A stretch of 64,000 bases of DNA from an uncultured virus (IMG/VR IMGVR_UViG_3300044610_000169). Lineage: Duplodnaviria > Heunggongvirae > Uroviricota > Caudoviricetes. Below, piece by piece: positions 36,361 to 46,100 of this stretch (within the stretch, counting starts at the first letter, position 1; each line of letters opens with the position of its first letter). The stretch lies in IMG/VR virus record IMGVR_UViG_3300044610_000169; one strand, 5' to 3'. A model generated the notes under the pieces. It was given only the letters and a program-made list of their open reading frames with translations, had not been told where the DNA came from and made no database searches. Both the position numbers and the translations under genes were made by a program.

Positions 36361-36749
36361 AGCCCATCCCCTTCCGTGACTTCGCGATCGATTGGGATGA
36401 GGGCGAAACCGTGGTTTTTGGCGTTGGTAATCGCTTCTCCTTCCTTGTAAAAGACAGTCACCACGCCATTTGGCCAAACCAATAGCCATAACTTCACCCG
36501 AACCGTTTTCTTTGGCTGTGGGGCTAGGTTGCATTCGTGGTCGGTCTCGGCGTACATTGTTGGGTTCGAGGCGCTAGCGTGCATGAGCCTTCCGCTAGCG
36601 TGCCAGCCGCAAGCAATCCAAAGACCCGGAAGGTACTGAACCCTGCCAATGTATCGCCAGTCCTCCTGCCCCTCATTGATCGCGTCAACGAAAGCCTCTT
36701 CCCCATTGGCCAGCTTAACCGGCCCGATCTGCCACTTTGGGTTACTCAC
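36357..36749 (-). CDS. Hypothetical protein
   Basis: AAGGAGG RBS; coupled to neighbours. Confidence 0.65.
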   Translation of the reverse strand: MSNPKWQIGPVKLANGEEAFVDAINEGQEDWRYIGRVQYLPGLWIACGWHASGRLMHASASNPTMYAETDHECNLAPQPKKTVRVKLWLLVWPNGVVTVFYKEGEAITNAKNHGFALIPIDREVTEGDGL

Positions 36750-37048
36750 GCTTGCGCCTCCTTCACGAACACTCCGTCAACCATCTTACCCTTGCGGTCC
36801 TTGATCTCTCCCCAGGCGATTTCCCGGCATTCGTCGATATCGATGCCCAGTTGACAGCACATGACCGCCAAGACCACTTGGATATCTCCGATCGCGTCCT
36901 TGATGTCGTCGCTGTCGTTGTCGAGTATCCCCTCGTAAAGCTCACTGCATTCCTCATTGAGTTTATCCATCTGCTTTCTCGGCGTTGACCCCTCGATCAA
37001 ATTACGATCCGCCGCCCATTGCCGAACACGTTCTTTCCACTCGCTCAT
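36746..37048 (-). CDS. mazG: MazG-like nucleotide pyrophosphohydrolase
   Basis: KLNEECSEL, DAIGD, AW.EIKDRKG.MVDGVFVK. Confidence 0.9.
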   Translation of the reverse strand: MSEWKERVRQWAADRNLIEGSTPRKQMDKLNEECSELYEGILDNDSDDIKDAIGDIQVVLAVMCCQLGIDIDECREIAWGEIKDRKGKMVDGVFVKEAQA

Positions 37049-37293
37049 TGTTGCTCTCCTTCGTTAGTTGCTGATGGTCCGACCGATTCCTGCCTCTGTT
37101 CGTCGACAAAATATTTCGCCTTGCCGTGATCCCAAGACAGCCGCCTACCTTCGGAATCGTAGGTCCGCTCAAACAGCCCCCATTGAGTGAACACCCCTAC
37201 GCAATGGAGCGTTGTACCGCAAGTCGATAGCCTTGTACCGAAGTAGTAGCACGGGTAGCCGTCGTGGCTTGTAGTTGCTGCGAAGTTGATCAC
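37045..37293 (-). CDS. Hypothetical protein
   Basis: GGAGGTG RBS. Confidence 0.55.
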   Translation of the reverse strand: MINFAATTSHDGYPCYYFGTRLSTCGTTLHCVGVFTQWGLFERTYDSEGRRLSWDHGKAKYFVDEQRQESVGPSATNEGEQQ

Positions 37294-37688
37294 TATTGCA
37301 CCTCCACGCCAAAGGGCTCGGTTGTTCCGTCGAGATTGTCGAAAACGTAGCGGTTAAATACGGCTTGATAAGTCTCCTTAGATCCTCCAAAAACCACGCC
37401 CCAATCATCGTACTTTGCTACTCGAAACGTGTAGTAAACACCGTCACTTTCGGCAAGTAAAAACTTAATCCATCGATCCCGATGCGGCTTAAATTCTTCC
37501 GCGTTCGCAAACGGTCGATACGTCGCAGGTTTCTCGATCTTGCGAAGCACAACAGCCCAGCCAGTGCTAGGTCCGATGGTTAGCCACTGCCTAATCGACC
37601 CGTCATCCATCAATCGCCATTCGCCGTGGTGGACCACTCCGACCCTCACTAACTCCCAGCCCTCCGGTACGCCTTCGATATTACTCAC
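37293..37688 (-). CDS. Hypothetical protein
   Basis: VPEGWELVR, YRPF..AEE, PFGVE motifs. Confidence 0.7.
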   Translation of the reverse strand: MSNIEGVPEGWELVRVGVVHHGEWRLMDDGSIRQWLTIGPSTGWAVVLRKIEKPATYRPFANAEEFKPHRDRWIKFLLAESDGVYYTFRVAKYDDWGVVFGGSKETYQAVFNRYVFDNLDGTTEPFGVEVQ

Positions 37689-37882
37689 CTTGCACCTCCT
37701 CCGAACTTAACCAACTTAGAAAAAGACACCATAGACGCTGCAATCGCGACAGGAATCGCAACCCACCAGGGAGCGAACTCCAGCATCAACCACAAGACCA
37801 CCACAAACGGGACGATCGCTGCAAGTGCCATCAGGCAAAGCATGATCACAACCCCGAATCCGTTGCTTGGCAAAATAATCAT
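37685..37882 (-). CDS. Small membrane protein
   Basis: Two hydrophobic helices. Confidence 0.6.
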   Translation of the reverse strand: MIILPSNGFGVVIMLCLMALAAIVPFVVVLWLMLEFAPWWVAIPVAIAASMVSFSKLVKFGGGAR

Positions 37883-38421
37883 TCCGAAATCCCCTTTTTT
37901 ACTTTTCCTGTAACCCTAAAAATTGGAAACGACATCGCATACCTGTCTGCGCTTTGCAACTTGTGGTGCTGAAGATGATTGGTACGCACCGACCAGCCCC
38001 ACCACGTTTTTGGCGTGTAGTTGCAATGACAGCTAAAGTGGATGAACTCATAAACCGAAAGCATTACCAAGACCGTAGCGTGCGCCGTGTAAATCCCTGA
38101 AGTTGCGAACACAAACGCCACCGAAAGCAGGTAGTAATCAGCGATCACCCACAGGTCCGGCAGCCCCGTTTCAGTTGTTGGCTCGTCGTGGTGCCGGTCA
38201 TGCGTCTTGCGAAACGGTGTCCAGGTCCATTCGTGAAACACCCACCTATGAGCGATGTACTCGAACGTCGGCCACAGCGCGACGATCAATCCAGCGATAA
38301 CCCAGTCCCTTGTCGTGAACGGCCAAAGCAGGATCCTGGCGACCACAGCGACCACCGCCGACAGAACGATCAAGCCCCCACGGCTCGACAAAAAAGCAAC
38401 GATCACATTCTTTAGGGTCAT
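37879..38421 (-). CDS. Fatty-acid hydroxylase/sterol desaturase family protein
   Basis: Four His boxes EYIAHRWVFH, HDRHH, YEFIHFSCH, HLQHH plus TM helices. Confidence 0.85.
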   Translation of the reverse strand: MTLKNVIVAFLSSRGGLIVLSAVVAVVARILLWPFTTRDWVIAGLIVALWPTFEYIAHRWVFHEWTWTPFRKTHDRHHDEPTTETGLPDLWVIADYYLLSVAFVFATSGIYTAHATVLVMLSVYEFIHFSCHCNYTPKTWWGWSVRTNHLQHHKLQSADRYAMSFPIFRVTGKVKKGISE

Positions 38422-38454
38422 GTTCGCTCCAAGTAAAAGGTAAAAGGATCGTGT

Positions 38455-40084
38455 CTACATCTCGCCGTTTGCAATCTTCTGCTTTCTGAGCCAAATCGCA
38501 AAAGGCGTTCTTGGGTTCCGAATCGCATAGTCAATGTTTTTCGCGATCTCCTTGACTGTCATCTTCTCGATCTGCGCTGTCGTGAAACCAAGTCGCGTGA
38601 GCATCTTGGTCTGCTTATCCGAAGGACGCTTATGCTTCAGAAACCCTGGCGTCACAGTCTTTGGCATCTCGTCCAAGCTCCACACCTCGCTGGATTGCTC
38701 CCTGGCTCGGTACTCGACTCCAACCGTCACCTTCTTGCGCCTTGCTTCCTGCTCAAGCCTCTTGGCTTCCTTCGCCTCTTCGATCGCGTCAAGTGTTGAC
38801 CCGTCGAAGTCCTTTGCGCTACTGATCCTGTTGGCAGCCTGTACGATGTCGTCGGGTTCATCGCCAGCCAGGATGCTAGCGGTGCATACCAGCTTGTGTC
38901 GGCTCGACTGACCAATAAAGTCCAGCACATCGACATGCTTCTTGTCACTCGCCTCGATTGCCGCAAGCCTGTCAGCCACGCTCATGCCGAACTGGTCAAC
39001 AACGCCAACCAGCGGTCTGGTCCCCCTCCCAATCATCTGGGTGTACATTGCTCGCGACTTCGTTGGGCGTCCGATTGCTACCAGCCGCACATTTGGCGCG
39101 TCAAATCCTTCAGTGGCTACCCCGCAGTTGCACAAGAACTGGATCTTGCCTTCCTTAAATTCCTTGACGATCCTTATGCGGTCTGGGTGCTGCGGATTCA
39201 TGGATCCATCAATCGAAACTGCGATCGGTGCGTCAGTTGGTCCGTGAGCACGAATGTAGTAGTCTCGAATCAGTTCCGATAGTCGCTGAGCGTGAGCAAC
39301 GGACGCAGCAAAAACGATCGACTGCTTGTCTGTCCCAGCGAAGTCCACAATGGGTTTTGCCATACCATGCAGGTTCTCCTCCTCCATCACGACTTTCGCC
39401 AACTGCTTCTCGTCGAGATCTCCACCGACCGTCCTAATCTGGCTCAAGTCAAGCCGGTCGAGAGTGACAATTACCTGCCTTGGCGAGACAAGCCAGCCGT
39501 TCTTGACGCCCCATAGCATATCCAGGTTGCAGGACACCTTATCGTACACACACCCAAGCCCAACCCCGTCGAGTCGGTCAGGCGTTGCAGTGACGCCAAC
39601 AACCACTAGGTTTTTGTTTTGCCGCATGTACTCAATCACCCTGCGGTAGCTTGCCGCTGCCGATCGGTGCGCTTCGTCGATGAGCAACAACCCAAACTCC
39701 TCGGGGTCGAATCGCTCCATCCGCATTTTGCCGCGTCGGGTACTGTTGAGGGTCTGGACAGAAGCCACCACGATCCGAGTCTTGTCGAATCGCTGATCGG
39801 CTCTGAAGTGCGCCTGCTCCAGGTCAACGTCCTCGCCGCAGATCCACTCAAACGACTTAATCGCCTGGGTGTTCAACTCGTATCGGTGCGAGATCATCAT
39901 CACCCGTCCTGTCGGCCAACTCCGAGCCAAGCCGCCCATGATCACCGTTTTCCCGAGTCCCGTCGCCGCAACAATGAGCAACGATTTCATCATCTGCTGG
40001 TCCATTTGGGTGCAATCCACAATCGGAGTAGATGTTTCGAATTGCATCGAGTTGGTATCCTCGAAATCTAATGTTGCCTGCCAT
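38455..40084 (-). CDS. SF2 DEAH helicase, frameshifted near 39980
   Basis: ATGLGKT, IDEAH, TATP, TEGFD.P, QMIGRGTR; the Q-motif (FRGYQLDAI) and RBS-bearing ATG (40084) lie in a different frame. Confidence 0.85.
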
Positions 40085-40097
40085 GTACTCACCTTGA

Positions 40098-40883
40098 CTA
40101 GCCCTTTAGCTCATCGAAACGTTGCTTGTTGACCCAGCCGTGGTTCCCGCATTGCGCGCAGCACTTGCCTTGACACCTCGGACATATTGCGTGAGGCATC
40201 ACAGCGCGGAAACTTCCCTTGATATGCTCGATCTCGCGCCGGATCGAAAGCCGCCTGGACATAAGGAGCTCATTCCCTGGAACCTCCACCACCGTATCCA
40301 TGTTGCGAATCAGTTCGTTGACCAAGCCGATTTGCTCCTTGAACCACCCAACGCAGTCCAGCGGACCAACTGGCTCAGGTTCAGGCTCGGGTTCAGGCTC
40401 GACGTCCTCGCAGGCGGGTTCCTCTGCTGTAGTCTCGGTCGGCTCTAAGACTTGCTCCCTTGCCTCTTTGAGCACCTTCGCGGTCAGCGGCGTATCGCCA
40501 GCAATCTCAGCCGCCTTTTCGATGACCTCCTCCAAGGACTCGTGAGGCACAGAGGCAAGTTCTCGCAACTGACGCTCAGTTGTGATCTCCCCCACCTTGG
40601 GGTTTTTGTTGCCCATGGGCAACAAATCCTTTTTGACATCCGAAGCGTCAATCAGCCTGTGCGCATAGGACCGATCAAACCCCCACCTAGCCTTTAGGTA
40701 GGACTCAAACGTCTTATGCTTCTCGCGGTACAGCCGTTGGTCTCGAATCCCCTTCAGCGCCGATCCAGTCGCCAGGAACGACTCGACGCCGCTTTCGATC
40801 ACCTTCTCCAGGCTTTCTAGGCTTCTCCGTTCGACCACGCTCAAAACGTCGATAACCTTCGGCTTGCTGGTTTTCTTTTTCAC
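40098..40883 (-). CDS. Putative DNA-binding protein
   Basis: G.AL..IRD.RLYR...TFE.Y...RWG..RS.A.RLI and ERQ.REL motifs; C-terminal Zn finger. Confidence 0.7.
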   Translation of the reverse strand: MKKKTSKPKVIDVLSVVERRSLESLEKVIESGVESFLATGSALKGIRDQRLYREKHKTFESYLKARWGFDRSYAHRLIDASDVKKDLLPMGNKNPKVGEITTERQLRELASVPHESLEEVIEKAAEIAGDTPLTAKVLKEAREQVLEPTETTAEEPACEDVEPEPEPEPEPVGPLDCVGWFKEQIGLVNELIRNMDTVVEVPGNELLMSRRLSIRREIEHIKGSFRAVMPHAICPRCQGKCCAQCGNHGWVNKQRFDELKG

Positions 40884-41030
40884 AGTTGGACCTTTCCTAA
40901 AAAATCGACTACTTCCAAAACATTTTCACAAACTCGATGATTACCGAGCCTGTGAAAAAAACAATCAACCCCAGGCACGTAACGACAAATGCAACGAACG
41001 CAGCATCGGCAATGTCGGACCAGTTGCGAT

Positions 41031-41300
41031 TCACGATGCCTTCGGCTCCGTAGCTTGCGCCACCTGCTGTTCGAGCAGCCGAGTGTACTGATCGTCGCGG
41101 TATCGCTTCGGTAGCTTCACCATCGGCCACAGGAACTCCACCATCGCCAACTTGGCTTGGTGGTCGCTGACGGCAACCACCCACTTCGAATCGCCGTTGG
41201 TGTTGCTCGCAATCTTGAACATCTGCATGTCACGCATGCGAGCGTCCTTGAGTGCTGCGAACTCGTTTTCGTGAACTACCGCCTGTTTGTCATCGGACAT
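41031..41300 (-). CDS. Hypothetical protein
   Basis: GGAGG RBS. Confidence 0.55.
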   Translation of the reverse strand: MSDDKQAVVHENEFAALKDARMRDMQMFKIASNTNGDSKWVVAVSDHQAKLAMVEFLWPMVKLPKRYRDDQYTRLLEQQVAQATEPKAS

Positions 41301-41347
41301 CAATCAAACCCTCCAATACGTTTCCGAAACTAACCTTTGCCTAGCCG

Positions 41348-42199
41348 CTACGATTGCGAGCTAGGATCCTGCGTTTTTGCTGCTGCTGCTTTGAGGCTCT
41401 TGAGCTTGTTGGGATAGAACACTTGCAGCGGAGCCAACAAGTGCTGAGGCTTCCCTCTCAGCCTCGGCGGAAACATCTCGAGATCTGCAACAGTCTGACA
41501 TCGGTCCATATCGAGCATCCAGCATCGCTTGTGCGCTTCGTTGTACACAGGCTCAATCGAAGCTTGCAATTCAACTGGCTGGTTGCGGAACTCCGTTGCG
41601 GTCTCTTCGAGTACCTTAACGCTGTCGCACTTAGTGAGCCTGTCAACCCACAATCGCTGGTCTTCCGTTTTGACGCTTGAGGTTGGCGCGATGGTCGTCT
41701 TTACCCTGCCTTGCCCCCCGCCTGCTGGAGGCTGATCCGCTACAGGGGAAGGCTTGGTGATGTTGTCGGCTTCGTTGTCTGGCTGTCCTCGCAGGTGGAA
41801 CGCTGACAGGTACGCCGACTTGAGAGCATAACTCATCGCCTTGCCTGTTGCCTTGTCGCTATTGTCCAGTCCTTGACCCCAACCAACGATCTTGGTCCTG
41901 TCTTCGGGATTGTCAACATTTACAAACTCGATCGTGATCAAGCACTGGCAATACCAAGTGGTTTTTACCTTGTCGTACCTGTCGGGAGGATCCTGCCAAT
42001 GATCCATTTGTCGATCTTCAATGGAAGTAACCATTGCCACAACGCCATGCTCAATGAGCGCATCGCGCAACTTGTCGTCAATATCATCGATCCGATGGTA
42101 GGCATACTTGTCGCCGTATGTGGCCTGACCGTTTTTAGCGATCGCACCCATGGTCCGCATAACCTCGAGCAGCCTTTGGTACAGATTCAAACTATTCAT
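41348..42199 (-). CDS. erf: ERF-family ssDNA annealing protein
   Basis: G.G.D.SDKATGKAMSYALK motif; GGAGG RBS; next to an exonuclease. Confidence 0.85.
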   Translation of the reverse strand: MNSLNLYQRLLEVMRTMGAIAKNGQATYGDKYAYHRIDDIDDKLRDALIEHGVVAMVTSIEDRQMDHWQDPPDRYDKVKTTWYCQCLITIEFVNVDNPEDRTKIVGWGQGLDNSDKATGKAMSYALKSAYLSAFHLRGQPDNEADNITKPSPVADQPPAGGGQGRVKTTIAPTSSVKTEDQRLWVDRLTKCDSVKVLEETATEFRNQPVELQASIEPVYNEAHKRCWMLDMDRCQTVADLEMFPPRLRGKPQHLLAPLQVFYPNKLKSLKAAAAKTQDPSSQS

Positions 42200-43088
42200 G
42201 GGATCCTCCAAGAGACAACGTAGCGTAGATTTTTCGTGCGGTTTCGACTCGCGACCTGAGCGTGTCGATGTACCTGTCATCGCGGTGAAACTCAAATCGC
42301 TTCACTCGCTGCGGTTCTGGCACCATCCAACTCGGAGCGTGCATTGCTCGGGTCTTTTCAACCGCATCGATATAATGCGGATTGCTTTCATCCCCACTGA
42401 ATCGGTAGTAGAACCGTTTGCATTCTTCCTCAACGATCGCTTGCGGCGTGTCGACCAGTACGTGCGCGACCCTGAACCGCTTGCGTCCAGTGAGCGCCAT
42501 GTACACTTGACCCTGCGCATAGTAAAGCGGGTCGGGACGAGTGACCTCAAAGAACGTCCGCAAGCTCCAAGACGACTTGATGTCCTCCACCCACTCGTCA
42601 TCGAGAATGATGTCTGGCGTGCCAGTAAAGTGACTGTCGCAGTATGTCACTTGGTTCTTGAGCCGAAAGGTGTTGTCGTTCATCACGCGACTCAGAAGCT
42701 CAATCGCTTCGTCCTCGCAGAGCAGACCCTTTAGGATTTCGTTTGTGACCATCGGCTCGTCGTAGTTGTATGTGTTCTTGAGCCAGCAGTCACGAATGTA
42801 GTTGGTAGCAGTGGCTCCAAACTGGAACTCGCTGTCACGCTTGGAAATCAAGTCGTCAAGCTCGGCTTGCATCGAAACAGTAAGCGGCTTGGCAAGAGGC
42901 TTCCCGTCATCGTCGTAGACGCTCGCGTTGTTCTTGCGAGTCTCTAACTCGCTGAGTTTTTCAAGTTGCTTGTCAGTGATCGCATTCCCACCAACGAGCA
43001 ACTGACCAACCGACGAAGCTCTAAATCTCAACAAGAATCCTGACTCAGGGTCAGCCAGCAAATCTCCCAAAATGCCTGAAAGCGGCAT
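42192..43088 (-). CDS. YqaJ/lambda-exo-like PD-(D/E)xK exonuclease
   Basis: RASS, KG...E, TGTPD, DIKSSW, Y.AQ.Q.YM.LTG. Confidence 0.85.
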   Translation of the reverse strand: MPLSGILGDLLADPESGFLLRFRASSVGQLLVGGNAITDKQLEKLSELETRKNNASVYDDDGKPLAKPLTVSMQAELDDLISKRDSEFQFGATATNYIRDCWLKNTYNYDEPMVTNEILKGLLCEDEAIELLSRVMNDNTFRLKNQVTYCDSHFTGTPDIILDDEWVEDIKSSWSLRTFFEVTRPDPLYYAQGQVYMALTGRKRFRVAHVLVDTPQAIVEEECKRFYYRFSGDESNPHYIDAVEKTRAMHAPSWMVPEPQRVKRFEFHRDDRYIDTLRSRVETARKIYATLSLGGSHE

Positions 43089-43110
43089 AAGCAAATCTCC
43101 CAAAATGCCT
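43057..43110. repeat. 21-bp direct repeat spanning the exonuclease start
   Basis: AGCAAATCTCCCAAAATGCCT at 43057-43077 and 43090-43110. Confidence 0.9.
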
Positions 43111-43145
43111 CAGAATAGCCAAGTACGATACTCGGCTCGTATCCC

Positions 43146-43173
43146 ATGGTAGCAATCGCACCCCAGCATGCAA
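43146..43173 (-). promoter_or_regulatory. Promoter of the replication/recombination block
   Basis: TTGCAT-N16-TACCAT with extended TG. Confidence 0.55.
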
Positions 43174-43195
43174 TAGCACCCTGGGAAATTTTCGC

Positions 43196-46100
43196 CTATT
43201 TTGCAGGGGTCTTTTTCTCGTTTAGCTTGCGTCGAATCGTCCGCAATCTGTTGGCAAGCGACTCCTTCATTTGGTACACGCCTTCTCGCGTTTCATAGGC
43301 TGAACCGTAGTTGCGCTTGTAGTAGGCGATCAGTAGCAGTTGGATTTCCTTCGGTCCCATGCCAGCCTTGACTATCGCATCGAGAGCCTTGTCGCGATCC
43401 TCGACCGACTTCTTGAACGTCTCGTCGCTGTTGTAGTCCTTGCGCTTCGGATCTGCTGCTGCTGAGAACACCAGCGATTGCTTGCGCCCTTCTCGCTGCT
43501 TGTTGAACTTGTCCAACTGAGCGGTCGTCAGGTAGTCCTTGTAAGCAAGGTCGGGATCGTTCCATTTGACCCTTTCCAAGTCCTTGCCGAACAACTCCTC
43601 GCGTTTGGCAGCGTCGGCAGTCGCATACTGCGTTTTGGGTCCGTAGGTGCCACCACCCATCCCAAGCAGCGACAATGCGGTCACAACCGCTCCACCGACG
43701 AGTCCTCGCGCTTTCATCGTCTCGCCAGCTTCCTGGAACGACAGCGGGACAAACAGGTCGGTCGTCGCACTGAGTACCGTTTCTTTCTCGCCAATAACGT
43801 TCTCTCCGACTCGGAGATCTACGATCGCACCAGGAATCGGAGCCAGCTTCTTGCGCAGGAACCCAGTGCCAACGTCCCACAGGTCTGGATCCCCAAACTT
43901 GCGGTTTTCGCCGTAGAGGTCTTGAATGTCCCCGCGGAGTCCCTTCTTCTGTCCCGTTGCCATTTGACCGATGAGTGTTACCGTCTGGGAAAGACCTGCC
44001 ATCGGATCGATTCGAGTGTCACCGATCTTGAGCTTCATGAAGTCGCTCGATCGCGGATCAAACTCGACGGTCGGCTTTTCTTCCTCGTCATCGGTAAGCA
44101 GGCTCGCAAGCGCCACTGACAATCCGAGGAACGCCGTCAACCCCATGGCGTGCCGAGCGTACTCCATGGCGATCATCTTCTTGACTCGTCCTGACACCTT
44201 GGTCGAAGGGAGCAGGTAGAACGGCATGGCAAGGTACTGGAACCTCGACGCAACGTATCGAGGAGCGAAGAACACCGTGTTGAGGTTTGCGGCGGCTTGA
44301 TTGAACTTGCCGAGCTCCGCACGTCCCGTAGCGGCGTTGACGTATGACGCGATGACTTTGGCTTCGTCGATCGTCACTTCACCGCCAGCACCCAGGTTGC
44401 TCACCATGTATTTGAAAACTCGGAACCGCATCGAGTTTAGGAACGTGGTGTAGGCTCTGGCTGACGCAGCAATTGGCTTCAGTACGACTTGGCTAGCCGT
44501 GTTGATTTTCGTGCCTTTCTTTCCGATACCCCACTTTGCCCACCTACCCATGTACGCTTCCTCTTGTCTTGTGATCTTGCCGCTGTCGGTCGTAATGCTC
44601 AGTCCAGCTCGCATAGCAAGAGTGTACAACTCGTCCTTGCTGATTTTGTCCATGGTGTCGAACTCGGCATCGCCACGACGTAACGCCGCAAGCATTTCTC
44701 GGCTAGCTGCTGCCGCCAGTCTCGGGTGCGCCAGCGAAGCGATGCCACCCTGTCGGAACACCGCTGACAAGTCAAACGATGTCATGATCGCTCGAGACAG
44801 GTGCATCGTCTCTTTCGTCCGATCCCAAAACCGCTCCACCTTGCTCATGTTCCTGAGTCGGTATTCCGCAGCGTAGCGGAAAAACTCGTCCTTGAGGCTC
44901 ACAAGCTGTCGAGACAACTCAACCTCCCTCGGACTGAGCGTTCTTGGCTCCTTCTTCGGTTTTGGTCCGAAGTACCCTTGCGCCTTGCGATCCTCGTAGT
45001 CGGCAATCTGATTGAGCAGGTTGGCAACGTAAGCCTTCTCGGCTTGTCGCTCCAATCTCTCTGCTCTTTGTTCCATGTCCGCGTCTGTCATCTGCATCTC
45101 CCTGACAGCCTCACGCTGAGCTCGCAGTGACTCCAGCCTGTTCTGCTTGTCCTTGAGCGCCGGCGTCGAGATTGGCTCGGCACGCTCCTTTGCAGCGACA
45201 TTCCCCGAGGCTAGTTGCTGTTCGATCTTGGTGATCTCGCGATCGACAGCTCGCTCGGCGATGGCAGCACGTTGCTCAAACGTCAACTCAGGCTTGGGGA
45301 ACGTTGCCTTGTAGTCAGCCATGAGCTCGTCACGTTGCTTGCGCAGGCTCTCGATTTCCTTGGCTTGCTCAGCCTCGAAAGTGTTGGGTGTCCGTCCTGG
45401 AATCGGCTCCTTTGCCTTAATCGCCTTGTTCAAGTCGTAAATACGGTTCCTGAGTCCAGTCCTGATCGCCTGGAAGATGGTTTTTAGCTGAGATTCGGGA
45501 TCCGTGATGAAGTATTTGCTGTTCCGCTTCATTTCGTTGACTTCGCGAATCAACTCTCGTAACTCAGGACTTGGCTCGTCTCTCCCCCTACCGCTCTTTT
45601 TTGGAGCGATCCCCTGTTGCATATCCTCCTTTTTCGCCATTTGCTGATACTGAGCGTTTAGATCGCGAATGATCTTGTCCACTGTCTTCTGGCTTGGCGG
45701 CGAATACTGACCATAGCCGCTCATGGCGTCCATTGCCTCGCGTCGGGTGACATCCTCAAACACTTCCTGCAACGCCTCATGCACGCCGTCGATGACCTCC
45801 TCGGGGTCGGTGATGCCGAACTCGACCAAGTTAAGCTCGACCATCTTGGCAAGCCGCCTGAGTTCCGCAGTTTGCCGTTCGTCGGACATATCGGGAGCGG
45901 GAATGTCGCCTTGCGCCTTCAGTTTGTCCCAAGCCTTGCGCAAAGCAGCTCTCGCAGCGACAGGAACGTCACCTTTGATCACAGCCTTGAACTTGGACAT
46001 GAACTCACCAAACGAGTAGACGCCTGCCTCAACGAAGCTCTTGATCACTTCCTCGCCGTCCTCAGCCATCGCCTCGTCTTCGGTCTGCTGGAGCGTTGTC

